From Octopus bimaculoides (Eukaryota): 64,000 nt of DNA. The stretch is taken from assembly GCF_001194135.2 (NCBI RefSeq), contig NC_068981.1, forward strand, positions 2,644,242 through 2,708,241. The letters are read 5' to 3'. Below, one piece after another: positions 1 to 11,764 of this stretch. The notes under the pieces were generated by a model. The model ran no database searches and was not told where the DNA came from. It worked only from the letters and a program-made list of their open reading frames with translations. Position 1 is the stretch's first letter, and every line of letters starts with the position of its first letter. A program made the position numbers and the translations under genes.

Positions 1-93
1 TAGGCTTACAAAGAATGTCCTGATGTCGATTTGCTCTACTAAAGGCGGCACTCCAGCATGGCCACAGTCAAATGACTGAAACAAGTAAGAGAA
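1..93 (+). mobile_element. SINE family B 3' end
   Basis: TAGGCTTACAAAGAAT..CTCCAGCATGGCCACAGTCAAATGACTGAAACAAG matches 3740-3835. Confidence 0.85.
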
Positions 94-364
94 TACATAT
101 AAATCTGAAAGGTTGTAAAGGTAGTGATAATAAATTTCATAGAAAGTCATAGGCTGTCTCCTGAGCATTCATCACTCGCAATTGGGAGAGTAGAAAACCA
201 TGCTGTGTTTATTCAACAGTATGCTGTTCCCTACCTGCCATCACTTTGAACCTTACCAGATAGATAATGAGACATTTTATGGGTGGATGAATGCAAAATA
301 TCATGTTGTGGACATTTGGCATGGAATATTAGAATAAATCAAAACACTTTTATTGTGTATGTAT

Positions 365-396
<32 letters not shown>

Positions 397-1445
397 GATA
401 TAAAACTTTTGCATGCCAAACAGGTGTGTATTTTCTTTTTGGACTGATTTGATTACAGCTGAGTTGGTTAAAAGCATAAAGTTACTACAAGCAGAAAGAA
501 ACAGTTGTTATCAGTTGCAAGTGTCTAAATGTCCACTTTTCCATGCTGTTATGAGTTGGACAGATCTATTGATATTGCTATTCGGTTTTATCTTTTGTCA
601 TCTCTGCTGTGAGACCCAACATCCCAAGAGCTCTGATCTTATCACTTTCCACTCATTGTTGGTCTTTTTTTTTTATTGGTATAATCCTAGTTCAAAACAC
701 TTTTTCATATAGTACTTTTGATCCATTCACTTCACATGTTCATATCAACCCTGTGATATATTTATTTATTGGTCAGTTTTGTTTTAATCAAATATGCATT
801 GCCAGACTGATGGAATCTTGTGTCAGAGGAACACTCTGGAACTTCTGGAATTCTCACAGTCTTATCCAACCCCTGAAATTTGGATTTATCCTCAACTCCT
901 GTTATTACACAACATGCTTCACGTTGATGATGATGATGATGATGATGATTGCTGTTTGCATAGAAATTCATGGCCTAATGTTTCTTTTTTAATTTTATGA
1001 TCACTTGCTGTAAAACTGACTAATTTATAATGTAAGCAAGAATTTATTATTGAAACTTGAGACATAGTTATTTGCTTCAGGCCATTTAACTGATATCTTA
1101 AGAGAAAATGCTATATATGCTTTCAGTAACATAATTCATTCTGTTTTGAAATGATGTAATTATTATTTTGAGTTTTTTTTTTTGTTTCCATTTTTTGCTG
1201 AAGGAGAAAATGTAATGATTCTTTGGGACTTTCCAGCACATACAGACAGAACCATCAAAGCTAATAAACTATATATTGTTGGAAAAGACTAAAGTAATGT
1301 CTGTTTACTGATTGACATAAATATCCCTTGTGATTACATTTTGGTAAAAGAATTTGACAAGCTCAGAAAATATAAAGATTTGCGCACTGAAAAAAAATGT
1401 GTTATCTTAAAGTCATTTCATTTATTATTATTACTATTATTATTA

Positions 1446-1665
1446 AGGCAGTGAGCTGGTAGAATAGTTTAACAGACTGGACAAAATGCAAAATGCTTAG
1501 TATTTCATTAGTCTTTATGTTCTGAGTTCAAATTCTGTCAAGATCAACTTTGCCTTTCGTCCTTTCGGGAGTCACTAAAATAAGTACCAGTTGAGTACTG
1601 GGGCCAATGTAATTTACTATCCCCCCCACCCAAATTCTAGACCTTTTGTGCCTATAATAGAAAAG
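1446..1665 (+). mobile_element. SINE family A copy
   Basis: AAGGCAGTGAGCTGGTAGAA..TTCTGAGTTCAAATTC..TTTGCCTTTC..AAGTACCAGTTGAGTACTGGGG..GTGCCTATAATAGAAAAG. Confidence 0.8.
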
Positions 1666-2624
1666 AAAGGAATATTATCATGATGATTTCAATTTTATGT
1701 AGATTTCTACTTCTCTATGTGCACCTGTGTCCTTCAGCATTGTCTTTTGGTAAAGTGTAGAATTCTGATCATAGAGAGGAGGGAATAATTGTAGTTATTG
1801 TAGTGAACACAAACTTAGACCTAACTTGGTCTGCCTTAATTTGCATAACATTGCAAGTATGAAAAGTAACAGAATTAATAGCATCATTACTCAGTATTAG
1901 AGATGTATATTAAAGTGTGTTTTTAGTAATTGCACATTTCGACCCCACCGTGAAAAGTTATTGGCTACAATTCTCCCTGTAATCATTCACTGTTTATCTG
2001 GCTACAAAAAAAAAAAAAAAAAAGAGTAGAACGTGGTATAAACACATTTTTGTGGGAAGACTGAAAACACATGCTGTGTATTCATCACTAATCAATTAAT
2101 ATTAATGGTTATTATGGCTGGTGTGCAGTGTAGAAACTCTGACATTATATAGTAATAATGTAACTTTTGCAAGCAGAAAATAAGATTTCTCAATACATTA
2201 GGTTTCTGCAAATATGTAATTAACTGAGATTTTATTTTCACTTCTGCATTGTTGTTCTCTCTGCTTAGTTAATATTTGTTCCTGTTTATGCGTATGTTTT
2301 AAGAAAAGAAATACATCATCCATCTATGTTTATTCTTTTTCCATCTAAATTCTTTTTAAAGATGCCTTCCAGATACTGCATTAAAGAGTCTTTTATATCT
2401 ATTACATTTTCTTGTCTTGCTTTTAATATCTAATGAGAAATCTTTTTTGTTTATAACACCTGCTAAAGTTTAACTCATGCAAATGGTAAAATCAATGCTA
2501 AACTAATTGGTGATGAGGATTATGTATCTGTATAAATATGTATATGAAGAAATGAATGGAGCATGCTCTGCTGGATCTGCAACATAAGTGTGTATGTACA
2601 ACAAAGTATAAATGTATTAAGATG

Positions 2625-2880
2625 AAAATTGGGCATAAGAGGCATCAGATGTGCAAGAGAAGTCTGTGCTGGTTTGGTCATGTGATCCAGGTTGATAAGA
2701 ACAGCTGCATAAAAAAGTACTGATTAATTAACATAGACAGAATTTGTTTGAAGACCCAGGAAGATGTGGGATGAAGTGAAGACTAATCTCAAGATGTTGA
2801 GCCTCATGGAGACGGAGATGACAATAAACCAAGATGAATGGTGATATACTGTGCTTAAGATCTGTCTGTCTTAGCAAAAA
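2625..2880 (+). mobile_element. Decayed RTE ORF2 C-terminal fragment
   Basis: Traces of CWFGHVIQVDKNSCIKK, RPRKMWDE and NLKMLSLME with frameshifts. Confidence 0.6.
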
Positions 2881-3162
2881 TGGGGTCCTGTTAAGTCTTT
2901 CCCACAACTCATCTTTTAACTCTTATCTGTCAAACACTTTTCACACTCTTGTGAACCTACCCATTCACCCTTTCTGTTCCTCTATCTCTATTCTCTTCAT
3001 ATTCACCTTGTACCTTGAGAGTATGCCCTCACCATCTTCTCATTCCCACTATGGAAGCCATGTATTCTCCTCTTCAGCAAGACACCTATTCCTGTATTAT
3101 ACTTTCACCTTCTTCAATACTACACACCCCATTCAGTTCAGAGTTTTGCCTTGCAAGTATTT

Positions 3163-3344
3163 GGTACCATGAAAAAAAAAGAAAGCACCCAGTACACTCT
3201 CTGAAGTGGTTGGCATTACGAAAGGCATCCGACTGTAGAAACCATGTCAAAGCAGATATTGGAGCTTGGTGCAGTCCTTTGGCTGGTTGGTTCTTGTCAT
3301 ACTGCCCAACTCATGCCAGCATGGAAAAGGGGATGTTAAATGAT
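3163..3344 (+). mobile_element. RTE-type 3'UTR fragment
   Basis: AAGCACCCAGTACACTCT..AAAGGCATCC..CATGCCAGCATGGAAAAGGGGATGTTAAATGAT. Confidence 0.8.
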
Positions 3345-3404
3345 TACGCATGTACACACACACACACACACACAGACCTTTATATATATTTCGTATATAA
3401 CCAT

Positions 3405-3589
3405 AGGCACAGGACTAACTGTGTGGTAAGAAGCTTGCTTCACAATCACATGGTTCTGGATTCGGTCCCACTGCGTGGCACCTTGGGCAAGTGTCTTCTA
3501 TAACCTCGGGCTGACCAAAGCCTTGTGAGTGAATTTGATAGACGGAAACTGAAAGAAACCCGTTGTATATATACATACATATGTATATA

Positions 3590-3624
<35 letters not shown>

Positions 3625-3839
3625 GTATGTATTTGTGTATCTGTGTTTGTCCCTCCACCATCACTTGACAACCGATGTTGGTGTGTTTATGTCCCCATAA
3701 CTTGGCAGTTCAGCAAAAGAGACCAATATGATAAGTATTAGGCTTACAAAGAATAAGTCCTGGAGTCGATTTGTTCGACTAAAAGTGGTGCTCCAGCATG
3801 GCTGCAGTCAAATGACTGAAACAGATAAGAGAATAAAAG
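3405..3839 (+). mobile_element. tRNA-derived SINE family B, full length with internal (TA/TG)n
   Basis: AGGCACAGGACTAACTGTGTGGTAAGAAGCTTGC..GGATTCGGTCCCACTGCGTGGCACCTTGGGCAAGTG..GCTCCAGCATGGCTGCAGTCAAATGACTGAAAC. Confidence 0.88.
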
Positions 3840-3910
3840 GATACTTATATGTCTGTCCACCCATATATTTAAAATCTACTATGCTGTCTACCAAGTGTAG
3901 ATAACTGTTT

Positions 3911-3992
3911 TATAGATGTTTTCGATCTAGTTTGGATTCTTTGCCATCAAATTTGATGGCAAAGAATCCAAACTAGATCAAAAACATATATA
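3911..3992. repeat. 82-bp palindrome with a perfect loopless 56-bp core (3924-3979)
   Basis: GATCTAGTTTGGATTCTTTGCCATCAAA|TTTGATGGCAAAGAATCCAAACTAGATC. Confidence 0.95.
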
Positions 3993-4965
3993 TATATGTA
4001 AATATGCCTAATGTTGCCATAGAAACTGCTATAGATTAATATGATGGGGAGGCAGTCTATTATGGTTTTGTGTTACATGGGACTTAACAGGTATAATTCA
4101 ATCATTCAAGTTTCTATATATTTAAAAGTAAATCATTTTATAGCTTATACACTATGTCAATTGATTTATCAGACAACTGATGACAGAGTAATCAATTTGA
4201 GAACAAATTAATGAAATAAATTAAAGATGAGCTTCATGTCAAAATGAGGTTACAGTTTGTAGCATTTCAGTAAATCTGACCATTAAGTCTTTAAAAATCT
4301 AATTAAGGTAATTGGCTTTTGTTTGCCCCTAAAAGTATTTTTAGTGCTGGAATAACAATATGACATAGATTAGAAGCTGCTTGTTATTCCCCCTTGTGTT
4401 CCTTATACTCGTTTCCTTCAGGGATCAGCACCTAATTATCTCACCTGTCAAGCAGACTAAGCTTTACAAGCGTTTCTATACATGTTACCTGCTTTCACAT
4501 TTGTAGTTGTATAAACATTGGAAATTCAAATGTGTCTGTGTCAACTATTTTCGTGGGTTTTCCTGTTCACTGGATTCACTGTCACTTTATTTCCTATCTT
4601 CATTTGAATGCTAGAATTAGAGCAGCAGTTTTGACTGAAAACCATTTATCTTTACATATTCAAGACTCTAAACCACAAGAAGTACCATCAGAAATTGAAC
4701 TTTTTATCTTGATGTGATTAATTGATTTAAAGGGATTCTAATGTTTTAGAATAGTATAATTTTTATTATTGCAACTAAAGTGTTGGGTTGAAATAGTATA
4801 CAATTAGTTTAATTTCAAGTTTAAGAATCAACGCCATTCAGTTAGTCTAAAACTAATGGGTATAATTAGGATAAAAGTTTTTGCAAAAGTATTTTGGTTT
4901 ATTTGTTACAGCAACTACTATTGTGTGTTTTATTAGGGTGGCAGGAGACCAAGTTGATTATGTGA

Positions 4966-5379
4966 CATCATCATCATCGTTTAACGTCCACTTTCCATGC
5001 TAGCATGGGTTGGATGATTTGACTGAGGTCTGGCAAGCCAGAAGGCTGCACCAGGCTCCAATCTGATCTGGCAAAAAGTTTCTACAGCTGGATGCCCTTC
5101 CTAACGCCAACCACTCCGAGAGTGTAGTGGGTGCTTTTACGTGCCACCAGCATGAGGGCCAGTCACACGGTACTGGCAATGGCCACGCTTAAAAAGGTGT
5201 TTTTTACGTGCCACCTGCATGGGAGCCAGTCCAGCGGCACTGGCAATGACCTCGCTCGAATGATTTTCTAACGTGCCACCAGCACAAGTGCTAGAAGGCA
5301 ACGCAGGTAACGATTACTCTCAAACGGTACTATTTACGGGCCACTAGCACAGAAGCCAGACAGCTGCTCTGGCAATGAC
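4966..5379 (-). mobile_element. RTE-type 3'UTR element with several subrepeats
   Basis: (CAT)n-CGTTTAACGTCCACTTTCCATGCTAGCATGG...GCTGGATGCCCTTCCTAACGCCAACC, followed by repeated TTTACGTGCCACC..CTGGCAATGAC units. Confidence 0.85.
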
Positions 5380-6054
5380 ATATTTGATAAAGAATATAAA
5401 TTTGTATTGCCACTTCAATAATGGTTCAATCAACCTAGGTGTAAATACATACTATGAGAAGAACAGTTTATTAAAAAACAACAAAAAAGAAGTTTGTGTG
5501 CGTGCAGTGATAAGGTCAAGTGTTCATTTGGGAGAATCAACTCTAGCCTCAAGTGACCAGATACTCTAGTGATGGGATCTGAGATGTTATGCTATGTATG
5601 CTTAATATACTTTCATGATGAACTGTGTTGTGGTACAACATTTGCAGGAGATTCACTACATATCAACATCAACTAATATCTCCAAGATCTGTATCTTTAA
5701 ATGTATAGGCTTATGTATAATGTCCCTGTCAGCATGGAAAAACAGATGTTAAACATTTGATGATAATGATACTTAGTTCTGCTTGTTTAAGCTTATTTAG
5801 ATGATCTGGAAGGAAAGTTATTTCCTTGAAGACAACTGGGAGCCCATTAAAAGATCTGTGGTTCAGAAGATTAATTTTGGTAAACTGTTAGTCTAAGGGG
5901 ACATTTCGATATTATGTAATATGGTTATTATTATCATTAGTATAAACTCCCACTGAGGTTAACTGCCACTATTAATGAAATAAAACACCATACAAGTACA
6001 GGGGATGATTTGATCAAGTAATCCCTCATTGTGCCCATCTTAGAATAAAAATAG

Positions 6055-6270
6055 CAAGCTGGAAGAATCATTAGGCATCAGAAGAAAGTTTTGTGATATT
6101 TCTTCTGGTTATTCATGTTCTGACTTCAAATCATTCTGAGGTCACCTTTGCCTTTCATCTCTTTGTGTTTAATAAAATAACAGTATAGCCACTGGAGTTG
6201 ATGGGTTCAACTAACCCCCATCCCCTCATAATCGCTGGTCTTATGTTTAAATTGGAAACCATCATTATTA
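6055..6270 (+). mobile_element. SINE family A copy (decayed)
   Basis: GTTCTGACTTCAAATC..TTTGCCTTTCATC..TTGGAAACCATCATTATTA. Confidence 0.6.
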
Positions 6271-6499
6271 TAGAATAGGATTGATAGATTTTATTCACAC
6301 GCATGCATGTACACACACACGTGCACATGTCAATCCATAGTATATTATGGTAACTCTTCTCTCAGTTTTGCATCATTTTGTTTGTGTAGCTCAATACAAA
6401 GATCCAATGCTAGCTGTTATTTTAGAGTCTTGGTCTTCCTCTGCTGCTAACAATACCCACTAATCATGTGACACTTAAGTCATGGTCTACGGGAAATGA

Positions 6500-6870
6500 A
6501 AGTGCCCATGGTCCTTGCAGGCTCTCCAAAACTGGTTAGTTTGAGACCATTAACATTCTGCTTCACTTAACCTGTTGTAAGTTGATGACTGCAGAAAAGA
6601 CTTGTTGGGAGGAAATCCTTCATTGCTTGTCTTCTATGGAGGAAAGATTGGACATGGTGGTTAATGCAGGAACATAGATATTTGGACTCAACATGAGTAA
6701 TGAGAGGAGGAGAGACAAGTGAATGAAAAGTGCTTGAGTGGAGGTGTCACAAGACCAACAAGCTTTGAGGTGTAGAAGCCATTATAATAGCAGTAGAATG
6801 CCTGAATGAGGAGACAGCATATCTGTGACCAGAGTCTGGAGCTTGTCTGTGAATGACTTTGTACCAATCT
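6500..6870 (-). mobile_element. CR1-clade LINE 3' relic
   Basis: Minus-strand traces of YYNGF..LVTPPLK..RINHHVQSFL..NL.Q. Similar relics lie at 50520-50720 (+) and 12800-13000 (+). Confidence 0.45.
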
Positions 6871-8496
6871 GTCGACTGGTCTTTATTGTCTTTTTATCTA
6901 CTCTCATAGTTCACTTTACACACTCAGTAAACACTGCATATTCAACTAATACTAAATCCATCTTTCTGCAGCCTCTCACATTAAATGTTCTTGTTGCATG
7001 TTGCAGCAGATTTAACATCTTCCTGATCTTGCAGCTATTTCTTATTATAACTACTTACTTCCACTACTATCACCTCTGATACTAATTCAGTTATTCATGT
7101 AATAGAGACTATCTACTACTTTTGCTAAACCATCTAGTAGTTCATAGACTTCATATCATAGGTACACCTGCTGCTACTAATCAAATGAATATTATGTAGA
7201 TCAAAAGTTTTGGTTCCATGCTAATTAAACTGTCAGAGATCCCAGTATTTGCACTGAGTACACCTCTTATAATTCAAGATAGGTAATTTTTCTGACATAT
7301 CATTGATGCTTTGTTCTCTCTGTTTAACAACCCAGTACTTTGATATTATCTCCAGGACTGTTCTGAACTCTAGATCATTCAGACAGTGTTTGGCATTTCT
7401 TATGCAATTTGGGGGACAGATTTTGAATTAGAACCAGGTCACCAGCTTAGAAAAGTTCTGAAAAACAAGTGGTCCTGAACTCATCTATTATTTCCTCAAG
7501 AACAATAATTAATAGACGAATGGGATTAATTCAGTCGTATTGTCTCTCACCTGTATATTAAATTCTTCACTATATTTTCTACTAAAGCTAACCTCGTATA
7601 TAGCTTGAATTACATTAATTTATTCCTAGATTCTCAGTATCTATATAATGCAGTTTAAGGTAACTTGTGATAATTTCTACAGAATTTGAAAAAAATATTT
7701 CCTTTCAAGTGCATATTGAATATAAAATTTCATTAAAATTGCTTACAATGCAGTAAGGGTTCAGTATTAGTTGACAGGCTCTTTGGTCAATGCAGTTACT
7801 AAGCGCACAATATATTTTTTCTTTCAGTTCAGCTATCTTGTTGCAAAAATTTAATCACCGTCTACTGTTATTAAGCTAAAAAGAACTACTTTTTTTTAAA
7901 ATCAAAAGCTAAATTATTCATTCAACATGAGACCTGTGTAGAATTTCTGAAGTAAATATACATTATTTTTCTGTATGAAGATTGAATTCTCAAAGAAAAA
8001 AAAACAAAACATTTGATAAAACACAAACTCTCTTTGCAGAAGTAAAAAAAAATCACACATATGTCAAGTTGACAGCGTGATAGGCTTACTCAGTGCCACA
8101 GAAAGTTTATTTGAGCAGATTTTCAAATTTGACATCTAAATTCATCTTTATATTAGTCCTTTAATCACCATTCTCAAGCTCTATTGTATATATGTTATAT
8201 ATATGGCATAATACATGGTTTTATGTAATAATGTACAATAAATAAAATATATAATACATATGTGTGCATATTTTATATAATTTATAACATAAAATATATA
8301 GTTTATTAAATCAAAACACCTATACTTCTACCTGTTATTATTAGTTTTATTTTTTTCTTATTTTCAATTTTTAAAACCTTATTTTGTCCTGTTACACTCA
8401 CATACAACATATTTGGATTGAGTCTATAATCAGTCCAATGCAATATTAACATATATCAATCAAAACATTATTCATTATTGCTATCATTTAAATGTC

Positions 8497-8650
8497 TGAG
8501 CAGGCAGAATTGTTAGCGTGTCAGACTAAATACTTTACATTTCTTCTGACTCTTTATATTCTGAGTTCAAATCCTGCTTGAGTCAACTTTGCCTTTCATC
8601 CCTTTGGGGTTGATGTAATCGTCTTGTTTTCTCTCCTCAAAATAACTGGC
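8497..8650 (+). mobile_element. SINE family A copy (partial)
   Basis: GGCAGAATTGTTAGCGTG..TTCTGAGTTCAAATCC..TTTGCCTTTCATCCC. Confidence 0.7.
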
Positions 8651-8779
8651 TTTGAACCCTGAAACTCACCAGCATCCTCTTCAGAGGGAATGTGATGGTC
8701 TTCGTGACTTATACACTATGGAAACCAGCCTTACGTGTATTAAAGCTTGAGAGGGGAGGGAAAAATGTATATAATCACA

Positions 8780-8935
8780 ATCATCTATCATGTTTAGGTC
8801 CAGTATCCTAAGATCTTACTTCACAACCTCTTTGCATGTCTTTCTTGGTCTGCCTCTTCCGTGTGTAGCCTGCATTAACAAAGTATAACACTCACCATGC
8901 ACTCACCTTTCATTCACATCAAATGTCCAAGCAAG
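8780..8935 (-). mobile_element. Decayed RTE ORF2 C-terminal fragment
   Basis: HGRGRPRKTCKEVVK*DLRIL on the minus strand. Confidence 0.55.
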
Positions 8936-9908
8936 CACATTTGTCCCTCTTGCAAACAACAACAACATACATACCAGACATCATCAAAGTGCACTGGAGA
9001 GCTGGTATGGACACACATTATGAATTAGCAGTGTGATGGTAGGAGGGCAGAGCTTTATGCCATTCATTGAGGGTATCTACAGAACACAAAAACTGGATGC
9101 ATAAAAGTAAATGGTCATGTCAGATCACAAAATGCTGAGTCTCATAGAAGACTAAGATGGCTGGTAGTTTACTACACTGTAGACACATCCAACTTAAGCC
9201 AGTATGGAAAACTGGATATTAAACATTGTTGATGATGAAGGGGATATATAACCCAAAGAAGAAAATGTTAAAAGTTAGAAATTTCAAGCAAACCTTCCAC
9301 AGCTGTTATTTATCCTAGGATTGTATTGCTCAGTATATATTTTCCTTTCCTGAGATAGTTGGGTATAGTCTGTGAGGGATTTGAGTATCGTTTTTAACAG
9401 GCCAAGTGACTACATAGAGGCTTCTTTCTTGGTCCAAATCATCTACCATTAATTAGTTAGGCGTAATATAGCTGACAGCATTTAATATATAATAGCATGG
9501 TATTTTAGAGTCATTAAAATTAGGTAAAAAAAAAACCAAACTGTTGAAGTTATATAATTATCAAAGAAACTGAAATGCAGGTGGCTAACTAGATAAATCT
9601 TCATTCAATATTGAGAAACTTTACACTTTTTCTCTAAGAGTTACTAGTTTAACTATGAATCATGCATTATGCTAAATCTGGCAATGCAATCTAGCAAAAC
9701 ATTGTCAGATTAAATGGAAGTATATTAGTGTGACACATTTTGCCCATGTATTAAAAGTTGCATAAGCCTATATCAATGAATGTGTTTAAAGTTTATGACT
9801 AAAATATTAAAATACTCCTGAAAGCATTTTCTTTATTAGAGCTATAAACATTGTTGTTCTGCTTGTATCAAAGAATATGTATATATATATATTTACTGGT
9901 GAAGGCCA

Positions 9909-10094
9909 GTTTATGAGGTTACCCTGGGTTTCCCATTCATACAGAGTTTAACTTTATGGCATATCGTCAAACCCCAAGATCTGTTGGCCTAAGGCCTTTT
10001 TATAAAGGACTTAGGCCAACTGGTCTTGGGGTCTGACAATATACCATAAAGTTAAACCCTGTATGGACGAGAAACCCAGGGTAAACCCATAAAC
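9909..10094. repeat. 186-bp near-loopless imperfect palindrome (foldback/MITE-like) abutting a gap
   Basis: Arms 9909-10001 and 10002-10094 are reverse complements with about 14 mismatches. (TA)n lies near both flanks. Confidence 0.92.
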
Positions 10095-10264
10095 NNNNNN
10101 NNNNNNNNNNNNNNNNNNNNNNNNNNNNNNNNNNNNNNNNNNNNNNNNNNNNNNNNNNNNNNNNNNNNNNNNNNNNNNNNNNNNNNNNNNNNNNNNNNNN
10201 NNNNNNNNNNNNNNNNNNNNNNNNNNNNNNNNNNNNNNNNNNNNNNNNNNNNNNNNNNNNNNNN
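10095..10264. other. Assembly gap (170 N)
   Basis: N run. Confidence 1.
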
Positions 10265-10385
10265 ATATATATATATATATATATATACACCTGTGATCTT
10301 TGAAACTAGTCATTGGAGCATCATAGTCCCTTGACACATCTGACTTTGTTGAACCACCCAATCCATGTCAATATGGAAGACTGAT

Positions 10386-10824
10386 AAGGCAGCAAGCTGG
10401 CAGAATTGTTAGCATGCTGGATGAAATACAAAGTGGTATTTTGTCTGTCTTTATGTTCTGAGTTCAAATTCCGCCAAAGTCGACTTTGCCTTTTATCCTT
10501 TTGGAATTGATAAATCAAGTACCAGTTGCATACTGGAGTCAATCTAAACAACTGGGTCCCCTCTCCATAAATTTCAGGCCTTGTGCCTAGAGTATAAAAG
10601 ATTATTTAAGGCAGCGAGCTGACAGAATTGTTAGCACGCCGGGTGAAATACTTAGTGGTATTTTGTCTGTCTTTACGCTCTGAGTTCAAATTCTACCGAG
10701 GTTGACTTTGCCTTTCATCCTCTCGGGGTCGATAAATTAAGTACCAGTTGCATAGTGGGGTTGACCTAATCGACTGGCCCCCTCCCCCAAAATTTTGTGA
10801 TTTGTGCCTAGAGTGGAAAAGAAT
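10386..10824 (+). mobile_element. Tandem pair of SINE family A copies (10386-10607, 10608-10824)
   Basis: Two consecutive AAGGCAGC(A/G)AGCTG..GTGCCTAGAGT units. Confidence 0.85.
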
Positions 10825-11064
10825 ATGGAAGTCTGATGTAAAATAATGATGATGATAGCCATTAACCAGATTTTTTAACATAGTTAATTTATTAATATAG
10901 TTAATTTCAATAAAATGAGATTAGCCATGCAGTTAAAAGAAATATTTCTCATGCAGTGTCTAAAACCTAAAAACAGAGTGAAATTTAGTAAAATTCACTC
11001 AAATTTTGAAAGATATAGAGAAGAGAAAAAACAGCAGGAGACTAAACTCCAATAAAATCAATTC

Positions 11065-11278
11065 TACCGGTGACATGTCAAAGCATCCATACCGGTGACA
11101 CATAAAAGGCACCCACTACACTCTTGGAGTGGTTGGCATTAGAAAGGGCATCCAGCTATAGAAACCAAACCAAAATCAGACTGGAACCTGGTGTAGCACT
11201 ACAGCTTACCAGTTCCAGTCTTACTGCCTAACCCATGTCAGCATGAAAAGTGGATGTTAAATGATGATGATGATGATA
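11065..11278 (+). mobile_element. RTE-type 3'UTR fragment
   Basis: Same core as above, with a (GAT)n tail. Confidence 0.8.
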
Positions 11279-11729
11279 TAGTAAATGTAGTATGAGAGTG
11301 GATTTAGTCTTTAAGTCAACTGGTGAAAGCAAAAATCATGTTTCAGTCTTATTAAACCTTTTAAGGGAAGTATATTCAGGTCAGTTGGCAAGATTAAAAG
11401 CGATCAAAATATAATGAGTGTTATTACATTCCTCTGTTTTATTGATTTCTTCAGTGTTTTGCTCAACAGAAGTATCTCTCCGCTCCCAACAAACTTACAC
11501 ATTCACACACACATATATATATGTAACTTGTCAATTAAGAATTGGATAGTGTTTGCCAGATAATAATACATTTATTCATTTTATAACTCACAAATACTAC
11601 ACTTTGATCTCAAGCAAAAAAGCTTGAAGAGATCAATCCTTTCTTTGTTGTATGACAATACTAGACTGGTCAATCGACCCATTTGCTTTGTATGTGGTAA
11701 TGATTTGATTATAATGTTAAGCAAGATTT

Positions 11730-11764
<35 letters not shown>

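Noticed and set aside
1204-1293. Possible exon (strong polyT acceptor, AA|GTAATG)
   Set aside because: Stops in all three frames and a weak donor; could only be UTR and is unsupported.
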